A stretch of 64,000 bases of DNA from Veleropilina oligotropha (lineage: Eukaryota): contig JBEUKZ010000025.1 of the NCBI GenBank assembly GCA_048128005.1, positions 62,001 to 126,000 of the forward strand. Direction: 5' to 3'. Both the position numbers and the translations under genes were made by a program. Below are positions 12,314-25,176 of the stretch, one piece after another; the first letter of the stretch is position 1; each line of letters opens with the position of its first letter. The notes under the pieces were generated by a model. It was not told the DNA's origin and made no database searches. It saw only the letters and a program-made list of their open reading frames with translations.

Positions 12314-14355
12314 ATTACCCTCGCCTCCGGAAGAGAGGCGAGGGTATTGCAATCGGCTCTGTATGTATGTATGTCTGTATGTATGTATGTATGTCCATTC
12401 GCATAACTCTAAAACTATTGATCCAATTTACTTGAAATTTTTACACAAGGTAGGGTATCTCCCTGGCTCGGTCCTCCTCGAAGATGGTCCGGATTGTGGA
12501 TTTTATTACGCATTATCTGGTTTATAGGTTTTTGGCTGTAGTGTTAAAACGCTTCATCGTCCAAACTTCAAAATAGGCTCAAAATGTTCTTTAGATCAGG
12601 GGCCAATGACAACATGAATTATATAGAATCTATCTTACACAAGATGGCCACCAGGGTGACTTAAAATTTTAAAAATAGGGGGTCAATTTCTAATTTCGCC
12701 AAATCGATTGAAATTATGTAAATACATTATCATGGTTCATACAAAAATAGCCACATGAAATTAAAGGACTTTTCAAGGACTACGCAAAAAATTTTCAAGG
12801 ACTATTTTTTCAATGCAAATCAATTTATAATGCATGTGATATATGCAACTTGGAACAGTGATAATTATAAGTACATGAATAAAAGGCACATTATTCAACT
12901 TTGTGTTAAACTTGAATTAAAAATGTTTATTATAATTTTAGGTGCGACTTCAGTGCACGTTTGCCCATTTTAGCAATGTCGATTGTTATGTTTCACAACG
13001 TGCAATGGCTTTACGTTTGTCCGTTTTTACTTCCCGTATCCACGATGCATATTCCACCTGCGCAAGCCACTTTCTATTAAAAACGCATATCCTGCCATAT
13101 CCGCTGTAAATTGTTGATTAAAATTATATTATTTACACGTTATTGACAAAATTTCCTTCATATTTCGCGAATAAAATCGAATAAACAGATTGTCGGTCAA
13201 GGGAGACAACTTTTATTGTCTTCAATTTCTGACTGATTCCGCCATTATCTGCTAGTTCCGAGACTCAACGGAAATCAACGAGTTAGTGGTAAATTTGACA
13301 TTCACAAAAATCGAAGATTTCCGAATCTTTTTATTCTTCGGAATGCAAATCTGTACAGATAAATGGTGACCGACTTCACCGTGAACGAAAACAGACGCAA
13401 GTACCATAAAGTTAATAAATATAACTAAGATATAGGAACGCCAAAATATTAAAATAGTTACCATGATGATATTCAAGGACTATTCAAGACTGTTTGGTCA
13501 TATTCAAGGACTTTTCAAGGTTATTTTCAAATTCAAGCACTTTTCATTATAGACGGTCAAATTCAAGTACTTTTCAAGGTTGTGCGAACCTTGATTATGC
13601 AAATCATAGTCATGATGAAATTATATTGATATCAGAAAAAACATTTTGCAAATAATATGAAATGTGAACTTTATAAGCATTTTAGAAATCAACCAAAGCA
13701 AACTGCAAATAAATACCGCAAATCTGTAACTACTGAAGCAAAACACCTCAAATTTTAACAAGTGACAGAGTGGGACATTATCTACAACTCTTATCGATAT
13801 ATTTTGTGTTTGAGAGAATTTGTAGCAACAATTTTTGTTCCGAAGTCAAAATCATCGACACATTGCGATATTTGAGATAGCTCTTTAAATACTCCTAATT
13901 CTGTGATATAATTTACACCATTAAGCAAGGTTAAAGTAATCTATCTTTCTTGAAAATTTCAGGTATATCGCTTCAGTAACTATTAAATTTTCAGCCTTTT
14001 ATAAAACATTTCATCGCTGTTATCGCCATATAACAAATCGGCTATCCAGTAACTAAATTTAGCCGGCCAGAAATTAGAAATAGGACATGGTATATACAGT
14101 ACCGGAGGTCACTTGGGGAATCTGGCATGTAAACAATGGCTGGTAGAACGAGTGTTATCAGTCGCAGGTTGTTAGACAATTTTTCAGTCTTATCACATAC
14201 TGTCAAAGCACCCGGCTCAAGGTTTCAATCTGATCTGCACATCCGGTTTTCCTGCTGTCATAAGAAATTTATCGATCATAGATTTTTCTGGTGTTCACCA
14301 TTGTGAGACTTGGCACCTGGGCGAGGGTTTGCAATCTCCTCTGATTGCTCGTTTT
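12314..14355. mobile_element. HINE/DINE-1-like element
   Basis: Terminal hairpin accctcgcctccggaagagaggcgagggt, then (GTAT)n. The far end repeats ggcgagggtttgcaatc. A partial relative is at ~5440-5800. Confidence 0.7.
12731..13593. mobile_element. MITE, 5-bp TSD
   Basis: TIRs catggttcataca / tgtgcgaaccttg, TSD ATTAT, repeated ttttcaaggac subterminal motifs. Confidence 0.65.
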
Positions 14356-15508
14356 TATTTGTGTATAATCTCTCTTCTGCATTCGTATATATCGGATACC
14401 AGTGAACTCATCCACCGGTCAACTCATTCACCTTAACCCAGCCAACTCATCCACTATGCAAGTTTTTGCAAAGTCAACTCATCCATCAAATTTAATATAT
14501 CGCAAATTATTTTAGTTAATAAATATATGTGCTCCGATTTCAAGTATTCTGTATAATTGCTGGTCAACAGGTGTTATCAATGAATTACGATGACAAATAT
14601 AAAACCTTCAGTTTTCAATAAGTAGATTGCCTACCGGGATTTTACGTTGCATATGGCTTTTATTTTATATTTTATTGTATATTACATCAATTGGTAAAAT
14701 ATTTTATTGTAAATATTTTACAATATGCTACAGGTGCTATCTAGTGACGAGCACGCAGATTATATATACACGTCAGGGAAAAATGCCAATGAAATGTCTT
14801 TATTGATCATTTGAGCTACGCTTACAAATGTGCGTTATAGCCTCGACCCGCCTTCGTTTCAAAACGCATGATGTCATGTCGCGTAAATCGATCGTGGCAA
14901 GAATAGTCTCGCGAGATTCTCGAGATCCGCGGGCATATATCTATTTCCATCTCCGGTTCGTAACATCGATTTTTAATCCATAGTGTGTAACTGTTGTGTG
15001 ATTATCTGCCGTTGAATTCGTTCCTTTATTTTTCCCGTATGCAGGTTAGTGTGTAAAATCGCACTGCGTGCTCGCTACTATTTATTGTAAAATGCAACAT
15101 TGATTACACTTTTAGCTGTACGATTCCATTGTCCGTTTTCTGTTATATTTAGATTCAATAAAACAGCATATTATAGTTTTCACTGTGTTTTAATAAAACA
15201 TTCCAATTTTAACTGCAATACAAATAAGTAAAACATGGTGTTACAGGCTTTTAAACAATATGATTATTAATCAGAACCGCTGGTTTTGTGTAAGGATAAG
15301 GTAGTTTTAATCTTACCCATATATTAATCTGATTAACGGCTAAATCCTGAGTAGTGGCTATGCTCAGTCGCTGAACTAGGTGTTGACACGTCATTTATAT
15401 ATATGTTGTGGATGAATTAGTTTAATTATAACGAACTTGCTAATCGATCTCTACTTGCCGAAACGATCTTATGAAAAGGCCTATAATAAATAACTCAACT
15501 ATCCTATG

Positions 15509-15558
<50 letters not shown>

Positions 15559-15561
<3 letters not shown>

Positions 15562-16421
15562 CCCTGTGAATTAGCGACGGCATTCGGCAAAGCCGTCGTA
15601 TTTGCTGTCGCCGTGGAGATTTGCGACGGCATCCTTTTGCCGTCGCAAGCAATATGACACGTAATTTATATTTCAATAATCCCTGCTTTGCAATCTCTAA
15701 TTATACTTTAAAATGCAGTCAGAAATACATCGCATTCAATAATTTTCGACGTCTATAAATTTAAATATCGCGGCAGCCACGACATTGCATCGACTATCGC
15801 AAAAACTTTATGAAGCTGCATTCACCGACATGCTAGTTTCGGTTGTCGCCGGAAAGTGACGGAGATCGAGCGTGTGTCGTAAATTCCAAGTTTCTAATTC
15901 AAGTGCGTCATTGTTATAAGTCAGCCTAAACCAGTGTCAGTATTTAAATTTTGCTATCATATGTGCCTAACTCACTAAATAAATCTATTTTATTTGATAT
16001 TTTATAGCAAAAATGTTCGTAACGATCATGATTTTTAATATGTGAACCCCGCAGGACACGTGTTCTTCACTATCAGAATCCAACTCCCAGAAATTATCGA
16101 TAAACAAGTACATACTTGGACACGTTCAGAATGACATATATACAATTTTTAATACAGTTTATTGCAACTTCAGCCAAGATGCAGTAGTCATGAGTCCAGG
16201 TAAATTCATAACAGTTATCTTTCTAATTGTAATTGAATAAACTGAAGTCGGCCACTAATTGAACTTTTGCGCGAACGAAAATTGGGCTACGCAACATTGA
16301 ATTTGCGCAATTTTTGGCATGCATTTTTGCATACGCAAAAAATGCCGACTCGTGCCGACGGCGTCCAGGTTTACGGCGGCATTAAAATGCCGTCGTGGTT
16401 ACAGGCTAATTCACAGGGCTG
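15559..16421. mobile_element. MITE inserted in a (TA)n microsatellite
   Basis: Perfect 17-bp TIR CAGCCCTGTGAATTAGC. (TA)n runs ~15515-15558. Confidence 0.8.
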
Positions 16422-16573
16422 TATATATGTGTTTACTAGCTAGCATCTAGCGATAGTATAATGATTATATTAAATATTTTTATATAACAAATATATAAGT
16501 AAATTAACGAATATATTGAAAAAAACCAACAGTCAACTCATCCACGAACCGACGGTCAACTCATCCAGTGTTC

Positions 16574-17262
16574 GGTAATCTTCCAGTTTAGGTACTTTAA
16601 TTATTTTTAGGTACTTTAATTATTTGAAGGCTTTTTGTCATCGCGGGCAGTGGCGTGACGGCCACTGGGTTTTTGGTGGCATAGAAAGGGACAGTGGAAA
16701 ATGTTTTCTTTTGGAAGTTCCAGATAGGTCAGCACGAACACTTGAAGCTCTCATACTGGAGTACATATTACCAGGGTCGCACATCGTAACCGATGGTTGG
16801 GCATCATACGCCAACATTCCTGCACTGAATCTATACTCACTCTGTTGTTGTGCATCAGCAGAATTTTGTTGATCCGAATGATGCGGACACGCACACCCAG
16901 AATATCGAGAACATGTGGATGCGAGCTAAACGCAAGTTAAAACAACAGTTTGGCACATCCAGAGCATTGTTTCCGTCTTATCTCCACGAATTTGTGTTCC
17001 GAGCCAGATTTAAGGATCAAGACATTTTTGCTGTTTTCCTGCAAACAGCGGCAGATAATTATCCAATGTGACTTGTATAGCCAAGAAATATTGACGTGTT
17101 CATTTAACCATTTTTTTAGAAATGGTCATTTGTTATTTTTTGGGATGTACTAAATGCATATCATGCTTTACTGTAGAACACGACAGCTAAAATGGCTAGA
17201 AATAATTAAAGTACCTAAACTGGAAGATTAAATAATTAAAGTACCTAAACTGGAAGATTACC
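16574..17262 (+). mobile_element. Merlin (IS1595/ISXO2-like DDE) DNA transposon, internally deleted and frameshifted
   Basis: TIR GGTAATCTTCCAGTTTAGGTACTTTAATTATTT and 8-bp TSD CAGTGTTC. Peptides WVFGGIER, ILPGSHIVTDGWASY, NFVDP..HTQNIENMW and SYLHEF. Confidence 0.9.
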
Positions 17263-17636
17263 CAGTGTTCTTGGTGGTGGATGAGTTAACCGTCTCCCCG
17301 TATATCTAGGTGCTACCTACAACCCTACAACATATTATTTTAATTATATGTACATATATGCCTATATGTTATATCCGAGTGTTCGTTTCTAGGTAGCATC
17401 TACAGCATATTAGCTATATATTATATAGCAACAGATAACGCATTAATCGGCAATCGAGACGAACGATAAGCACGAAAGCAGCCTATTCAGGCGCTTCTGG
17501 GTTCTCTTCTATTCATCTATCTTATAATTTTCGCACATACGATAATCAAATGCTGACCATTACGTGTTAAAAATGGACTTGATAAATGTCACCAACAAAA
17601 AACGTGTCGGTTTCAAATAAAGATATGTAAAAATAC

Positions 17637-17664
17637 TTTTTTTATCCCTCTTTGACTTCGGCAT
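17637..17664 (-). CDS. MRTO4: MRTO4 coding exon 1
   Basis: ATG at 17664 gives MPKSKRDKK plus 1 nt, then a GT donor at 17636. This is the canonical MRT4 N-terminus. Intron 1 spans 4843-17636 (~12.8 kb). Confidence 0.92.
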
Positions 17665-18260
17665 GATTTTCGTCCAACACGCACGTGTATAATCTAAACA
17701 CGGAAGTGAGTAATAATTATTGGGGGTAGTTGGCTTTGTGGGTATTTTGGGGGTTCTATTTTTTAAGATACAAAAAGGAGACATTATGCTACGTCTGCAT
17801 TCTTATAGTAATATTAAACAATCATTTATGTATTGAAAAAATAAATATTTTCCATTTGGAGTACATATAAATTTTTCACGTTGGAGTACGGAAATTGTCG
17901 AATGTTGTTTCGACTGGTTTTTGGACGGAAACCCTCTGTTGCCATGGAGATGATGACGTCAAGTCTCCCATGCTTCTAAATGGTGAAACCCCGCATAACA
18001 CACATAAGGAATCCAGGGATTGTCGGCAGCCCGGCTGAACTAAGAAAGTAGTTCGAAGGATATTCTATTTTTGGTTATTGAACGTAAGTGCATTGTAGTT
18101 AGATCATATATTTCATATAGAAATTTTTCTTGATAAAATGATTGTGAACGAACTCTAAAACATACAATAAAACGCTATTTTATGAAGATTTTGCGGATTA
18201 ATATATGATGTCATCTTGCAGGTTATTTGCCAGATTGCATTCCGCCATCTTGAGAAGGTG
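17665..18260. promoter_or_regulatory. Bidirectional promoter region between MRTO4 and 14-3-3
   Basis: Divergent ATGs at 17664 and 18329. Motif matches: E-box CACGTG 17682, ETS CGGAAGTG 17701, X-box-like GTTGCCATGGAGAT 17938, CRE TGACGTCA 17954, YY1 CCGCCATCTT 18242. No recognisable TE in this stretch. Confidence 0.7.
18020..18083 (+). other. Probable non-coding 5' UTR exon of 14-3-3 (start approximate)
   Basis: Strong donor aac|GTAAGT at 18084. A polypyrimidine tract and AG at 18320-18321 lie 7 nt upstream of gccATG (18329). Confidence 0.55.
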
Positions 18261-18328
18261 GGAATTTTACGGTAACAGAGTGATATAGTCATTCATATTT
18301 TTCTTCTCTTCGTACGCTTAGATACGCC

Positions 18329-18649
18329 ATGACTGAGCAGAAGTCGATGTCCAACGACGCGAAGGAAAAGCTGGTTCAAAAAGCCAAGCTTGCGGAGCAG
18401 GCTGAACGATACGATGATATGGCCAACGCAATGAAGTTGGTGACGGAGCTAGATCAGGAGCTATCGAACGAAGAGCGAAATTTACTGTCAGTCGCGTACA
18501 AAAATGTAGTCGGCGCCCGCCGGTCGTCTTGGAGAGTAATATCCAGCATTGAGGTTAAAACCGAAAGCCACGAAAAGAAGCAGTCGCTAGCGAAAGAATA
18601 CCGAACGAAAATAGAAGATGAACTTAGACAAATATGTAGTGATGTGCTG
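18329..18649 (+). CDS. 14-3-3zeta: 14-3-3 protein, zeta-like, coding exon 1
   Basis: [31 protein letters not shown]...[26 protein letters not shown]...ICSDVL|GTGAGT. 321 nt, phase 0. Confidence 0.97.
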
Positions 18650-19824
18650 GTGAGTATAAGCTCGCTGCAAAACTTAGTCCGGAATTCAAAATGGCCGATC
18701 TGGTCGTTTTACACTGAAAACGGATGCAGATACAAGGTGCTGAAAGGCTCAAAGCATGTGATAATCAAACTGTCAGAACTGTTTGTAATGCTAAATGATA
18801 TGATGGGCCTTTTTGATCGAATTTTGTAATAGCAAATGAGCAATAAATTAGAATGATAATGGTTCAATATGAACCCTTCAATATCAATCTCCATACATTT
18901 AATTTAAATTAGGCTACTAATTAATGATCAACTCGAAATTATTATTATTTAATGTAGCCCTACATGTTATTCGATGTGGTTAACATGGAAGTTGGCATTG
19001 GAAAAAATGGAATGGGAACAAAATGTTTCGTGGAATTTCTGATTGTCACTTTGGATGTTGGTAGCAATATTGGATTACTGCAGTTGGAAAAATCCAAGCC
19101 TTCAGTGTCGCTTCTACCACAATGTGGATTAGGCCTATTGGTTAAGTTGCAAAATTGTCTCCTTTATATATCTCTACATCGAAGTAATTATTAACGAGAA
19201 GGACGACGACATGGGCCAAGTCACCAATATCGCCTGCACAGACGGAACTCGTTTCTATATCCCCAGACATCTTTGTTGTAATGGGGAGAATGAATGTGGG
19301 TAGTTTCCGCCTCGGTGTTTTCGGCCTGTTTTTATCTTGATCATGGGTGTTTTCGGCCCATTTATGAAATAAAATTAATCTCAAACTGAGTTTTATAAAC
19401 TTGATTATGTAAAGTATGCATGCAAATACGCATAGACGATATATATAACTGATTCATACGTATACAATGACATCAACTCATTATAGACAATAATTATGAC
19501 GATAAAATTAATACCATAACATATATTTAGTTAGTGCTGATGGTTTGTAAAATGAAGGAGAGTATAAAATTACTGTCCTGAACATGCCGAGGAGAGAAAT
19601 TGACTCTCCTAAAAGAAAAGAAGTTGGTTGAGCGATATGTAAAAAAAAATATCGGGAATTGGCTAATAATGTTGATATTCTTTAAATTTAAAATATCAAC
19701 TGTACGTGGCCCATGATATTAAAATCGACATGATGGACTGTTATGCAAAATAAAATGATGCAAAATTTGAACCACATCTAGTTTACCTAGACATAATATG
19801 TAGCAAATTAATAAGCAATATATT

Positions 19825-20722
19825 CAGTGTAAAAAGTTGCGAACAACGTGGTCGCAAATGCGCCCAACATTTATAGAATGCGAGTTAACTTTGACAAGCA
19901 TTCTCTTTGTGCGAGTAACATTAATTGCTACCAATTCGTATATTTATTACGTTTTACTTGCATTTCACCTGTATTACTCGCTTAAAATGCGTTTGAACAT
20001 CGTTTTTGACCACGCAATTTTCCATTTTCGATATCGATAGAAATGTCCGATGCAAGCAACATGTTAGTAAAAGGGAGATAATCTGCCTTAAAAACCAGTC
20101 AACGACTGATCTCGGCAATTTCCGTACAACACTGTTTTACTATTGTAGAATATATTACGGAAAATAGCGATTAAGTCTAAGTATAGATGGCTCTGTGTCT
20201 ACAGCGTCATAGCAACCGTCAACAATCCTGTGTCGGGGGGAAAAGGTGGAAACAAAATGCATATTTCTTATACGCAAGTCGATTGTTACATTTAGTAAAT
20301 GCTAGATACTTAGAAAATGATCATTTCTTAATAGAATAAACAATTTATTGGCAGGTATGACACTGTCATTCAGGAATTATAATTAAAAACATCGTACTTA
20401 AATATATCGTAACTATACAATGTAACATCGTTGTAGATTAACCCTTTTACCCTTGCGAAATGTACGATAATCCTAAGTTCTTGCGCGCGAAATTTAAAAC
20501 ATCTTCAACATGTTTACACTTATCAAAATATATTATTAAGGCAAAATGCAAGCAAAAAGGCAAAAAATTGATAAGGCTTTGAAGTGAAACATTTTTTATA
20601 TATTATAATTAAACCTTAAAATTATGCTTCATGAAAATGCCCCTAGAAATTTTGAAATGCCCCTAACTTTTAAAAGTTAGGAGCAAAATGCTCGTGGATG
20701 ATTTTTTTTACTTTTTACACTG
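19825..20722. mobile_element. MITE, 5-bp TSD
   Basis: TIR CAGTGTAAAAAGT, TSD ATATT. Confidence 0.75.
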
Positions 20723-21048
20723 ATATTGTTTATGTAATTATTCTAGACATTTCTTTGATAGGCCTACTTGATAGGCAGCAATAACACTTTGATGGATATT
20801 TAGAATAGGTTTACATTTATATGCTCAAATATTTGCTAATTTGTATATTTCACACAAGTTATATCACGAAATCTACTTTCACAATTCAAATTTAATATAA
20901 TTATATTTCGTAGCTTTGCTGCTTATTGTAGTCGTCGCACTAAATTATCTCCCTTGAAATGTAATGCGCCTTGTCGACAGACTTGCATTCAATACGTATA
21001 TCCTGTTAAAACGTATTATAATTTATAATTGTAAATGTTGCTGAAGCA

Positions 21049-22064
21049 CAGGCCTGCACAAATTAAAAATTTGCTTAACCTGGAAATGGGTTAAGCAAAT
21101 TTTTTTCGCTTAACCAATTTTCTTTGCTTAACCCGTTTTCATTTGAACATTGTTTTCAAAGTCACCGACTCCAATTTACCTGCCACATTCATTATCACAG
21201 TGTAAAAAGTTAAAATTTAACCCACGATCATTTTGCTCCTAACTTGAAAATTGTCTTACAATATTATGAATTTAGAAATATTAATTTTCATTTAATTTTT
21301 GTCTATTCAAAAGTGATCTGCTTTACGGCAATCAGTGGAAACTAGCATTTTGAGCCCAACGACATTATTTGTCATTTTATCATTTTGCATTTTTTCTGAT
21401 CCAAATGTTTCATGCACCCGCCTATCGCCGATCCGCTTTTTCATTAACCCAACTGCCGTTCACGTACGCTTGAAGTATTTTGCGTTTGCTGTCGTCAGCC
21501 TGGAATCTTTCTTGTTGCAAAGGTCATAAAATAATAAATTTGTCACGGTAAACAATTGTAACTAACAATTTAATTAGCAAGTGTATTGGACGACCAAACG
21601 CGTGGCAAGGGTTGTTTTTTACCATGAACATCGAAGTTTTCCGATTGTGTTCAGAATTTCATTTCTGTCATTTTCATTGGCTAACAAGATGTCTATCACT
21701 GGGGAATCCCGGATTGGTGTTTATTTTTGGCAATTTTGTCATCTGGTACATGCGCAATACGCGCAAGTTCTGATTCAGATTCATTGCCTAAGTTACTTCC
21801 CTTGAAAAACGAAGTCGCGTCCATTTGAATTTATAATGTCCGTGTGTGTTTAACTTTCGCTACTTACTACCCAGAGAGCATAATATTGCAATTTAGTAAG
21901 TAACAATAGTGGAATAAACAAAACAAATAGTTATGTAATGTATATTTATTAAGGAACAATTTATTATACAATATCTTGCACGAACGAAATTTCGTTCGTC
22001 CCATTTAAATTTGCTTAACCGGCGCACGAACGAAACGGTCGTTCGTGCAATTTGTGCAGGCCTG
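21049..22064. mobile_element. MITE, 5-bp TSD
   Basis: TIR CAGGCCTGCACAAATT, TSD AAGCA. Same TIR as 38805-39879. Confidence 0.85.
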
Positions 22065-23142
22065 AAGCAGTGAAACGGTTTCCGCGTGGTGAGCGTGAAA
22101 GTCGCTAAAGACTCTTCGGTTTAAAACCGGAATATGGCGAAAATGGACGACAATAATTTACATGACGATAAGCAGTTAGAGAAAACACGAGGGTTCCGAA
22201 AAATGCATGTACGGCAAAATAGTCCACATTTATTGTATACACTCTCTGCGAGAACATGACGAAGTCGATGCCCAACAATGTCAGATAATAGTTAAAGATT
22301 GCCGCGACGTCGCAAACAATATTAGCTGTATTAAAGTATTGAAAATGAAACTAAACATGATTTTACATGTCCATTTATTGATTTATCATATCGTTTATAG
22401 GCGCGCAACTTTTGACTTTCGCAAATTCAGTTTCAGGAGCGCGAGCGCAACTACGTGCCTCAAACAAACAGCACTGTAGTTATTAATAATACATTGAACA
22501 CATATATATTTGTAGATTTCTACAATACGCTACATTTATACTTGCATCAAAAATATATTTTATATTCATCTTAGACGTGCATATACGTCATTTATAAATA
22601 ATACAAAATGCTAAATGTAGTACAGTATGCTTACATATTTACATAAAAAAGTAACAGCTTTATATCGGTAATTTATTAATAATACAATTTACATTAATCT
22701 TATTAATCATTTACTAATAATATAAATATAATTCAATGTGTTTTCTATAATACATACATGTATATAATAGGGCCGAACCCACCCACTTTGAAGGCCGAAA
22801 CTACCCGTGACCGGGGAGAAGAGGGGTCGGAATAAAAACCACGAAACTGTAATTAACATGAACCAAAATCTTGAAATCCATTAGTTGGTAGTTTGTAATG
22901 TGTACAACACATTGCGAAATGGAATGGTCGATATAGGCCAATACCAACAAGTCATCAATTCATATAGGCAAGAAGGCATGGTCGCATGCAAGAACTAGGA
23001 AAAATGTTGATTCTTGAAATGCATATTGGCGGAAAAGTTAACCTAGCATGAAAAAATATATATGCAAGTAATGTCAAATATCAATTCTCAACTGTGGAGA
23101 AAACACTGAAATAATGCGCTTGCCCAAATGTTGTACCAATTC

Positions 23143-23508
23143 CAGGGTTCGTACAGGTCATGGAATCCTGGAAATGTCATGGAATTTGATATTAAAAAAT
23201 CCAGGCCTCAAACTTGGAAAATGTCTGTTTTTTACATGGTCATGGAAATAGTCATGAAAAATGATATTTTAGAAGCTCGGTAATCAAAATAGTTAATAAC
23301 GTATATTGGTGTTTTTTTCACAACCCTATATGAGTACTTGTGATTGCCAATTTCCCTCCTGTTTCGTAAATCCGTCGCGGATATTTTCGATAAATGCCCT
23401 TTTCATATATGATTTTTCTTGGCATGTGCATATTGACGAAGACTTGGCAGTCATGGAAATGTCGAAATAGTCGTGGAATTTTGTAAGACAGTAGGTGTAC
23501 GAACCCTG
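23143..23508. mobile_element. MITE, 6-bp TSD
   Basis: TIR CAGGGTTCGTACA, TSD CAATTC. Ends ~70 bp upstream of the exon 2 acceptor. Confidence 0.85.
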
Positions 23509-23577
23509 CAATTCGCTTGTGGCTGGTACTACCTTGCTTAGCCTTTATTTCCATAACAATTAGACTTTTTTTTCCAG

Positions 23578-23704
23578 AAACTGCTTGACAAATACCTAAT
23601 TCCAAAGAGTGATAACAGTGTCGAAAGTCATGTGTTTTATTTGAAAATGAAAGGCGATTACTACAGATATCTTGCAGAGGTAGCACAGGGCGAAAGTAGG
23701 AAAG
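23578..23704 (+). CDS. 14-3-3zeta: 14-3-3 coding exon 2
   Basis: tttttcc[44 protein letters not shown] plus 1 nt|GTTAGT. 127 nt. Confidence 0.96.
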
Positions 23705-25176
23705 GTTAGTACTAGCATTGTACGAATGTCCATTTTGCAGTGAAACTGCAAGTTTTCAATGTGTGTGTAATTTGACAATATTTTAGGTATCTTACCATAT
23801 GCCATATAATGGAGATATAGTTTCATTTTTACTGGCAATTAGAATCTTGTTTTGTCTATCGATTAAAACTCCAATCTCTCGGGCTGGTGTCGTGTTATGC
23901 GAGAGGCGGATGTGGGGGCCAACATATGCTTGGCGGGTGACGAAGCTCGATGAAAGTTCTTTCATTTTGCGAACGTCATTCTCATGGTTTAATTCGTTGA
24001 AAAGCATCTTGATGCGAGATTCACACCGCTTGGGTGCATTTAACAAAAATATCAGAATGTTGCATCCTACGTTAATCAAACGACTTCAGTTAAAAACGTA
24101 ACCGGTTATCTGTGGTATCTTTGTGCGATAATGAATACAGCAAAAATTGCAGAACAAGGCTGCACTTCCGAATTACATGTACGTTTTATCATGTGTGTTT
24201 TGTCGAGCAGTAATAAAATGAAACGAATAAGTTTAATTTTAATACGAGAGAAACTGAAAACTTTAAAATCTGGAGTGGGAATAATAGTGAAACTGCCACC
24301 ACAACTAACGTTATGATGGATAGAGCAGACGAGTTACTCTCGTTATTTTAACATAATTTTCGAGCACGCCTGTTTTCTCTGCAAATTGTATTGCAAAATT
24401 TATTAGCAGTGAACTTTGTCAAATTTCCAAATGACAAAATATATGCGTCAATAGGATGAAAGGACAACAGAGAATTTTTAAGAAGCCCTTATTTTAAACA
24501 TAATTTATCAATATAATTTGCATGCACACAGTTACATATTTTATTACGACAATTCAACAAGTTACTTTGACAAATTGATGTTAAATAAGATTCATAAATC
24601 TCACCATGTGTGATTTTTTACGAAATTACCAACAAGACTTCAGGGAAATGAATTTTATTGTAAACTTTCTTTGATTCGACACATGTAAGTCTAAGGTACT
24701 AAACCTTTTGACCTAACGATGTTATATTGTGAAAATTTCATGTAGCAAGGCTAAGTAAACTAATAAAGTGAATTTTATCCCCCGAAACGAAAGTGTCCGG
24801 GGGGGGGGGGATACTAGGGTTAATCATCCGTTACGCCGCCGCGTCCGAGAGATTCCTCGTGATCGCTCGAGACAGGCCGTTTCTTAACGGAATGTTTTCA
24901 AATTTGGTATGTGCATTGGTTGGGGCGAGGACACTACACCAATAGAATTTGGGTGTGGTCCAACCTCCAAGATGGCCGCTACATCATGGCTTCCATCTTG
25001 GATTTTTGGCATATTTCCTTGTGATCGCTCTACTAGACAGGCCATTTCTTGACGGAATGTTTCTCAAATTCGGTATGTGCATTGGTTGGGCCAAGGACAC
25101 GACACATATATATTTTGGGTGTGGGCTGACCTCCAAGATTGGCCGTCTCCAAGATGGCCGTCATGGCCACCATAAT

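Larger units (their letters stand above)
14394..17298. mobile_element. TIR element with repeated (t)caactcatcca motifs (MULE-like), hosting a MITE and the Merlin element
   Basis: aactcatccacc at the left end matches ggtggatgagtt at the right end. Flanks gtatatatc / cgtatatc. Confidence 0.5.

Noticed and set aside
16624..17071. Bacterial IS or contamination
   Set aside because: It sits in an intron of a spliced gene with Merlin-type TIRs and TSD.
18211..18275. Alternative 5' UTR exon (cttgcAG at 18221)
   Set aside because: The donor is weak and it cannot be supported without transcripts.
18650..18829. C-terminal part of the 166-aa 14-3-3 ORF
   Set aside because: Read-through into the intron past the GTGAGT donor at 18650. 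The same applies to 29079-29360.
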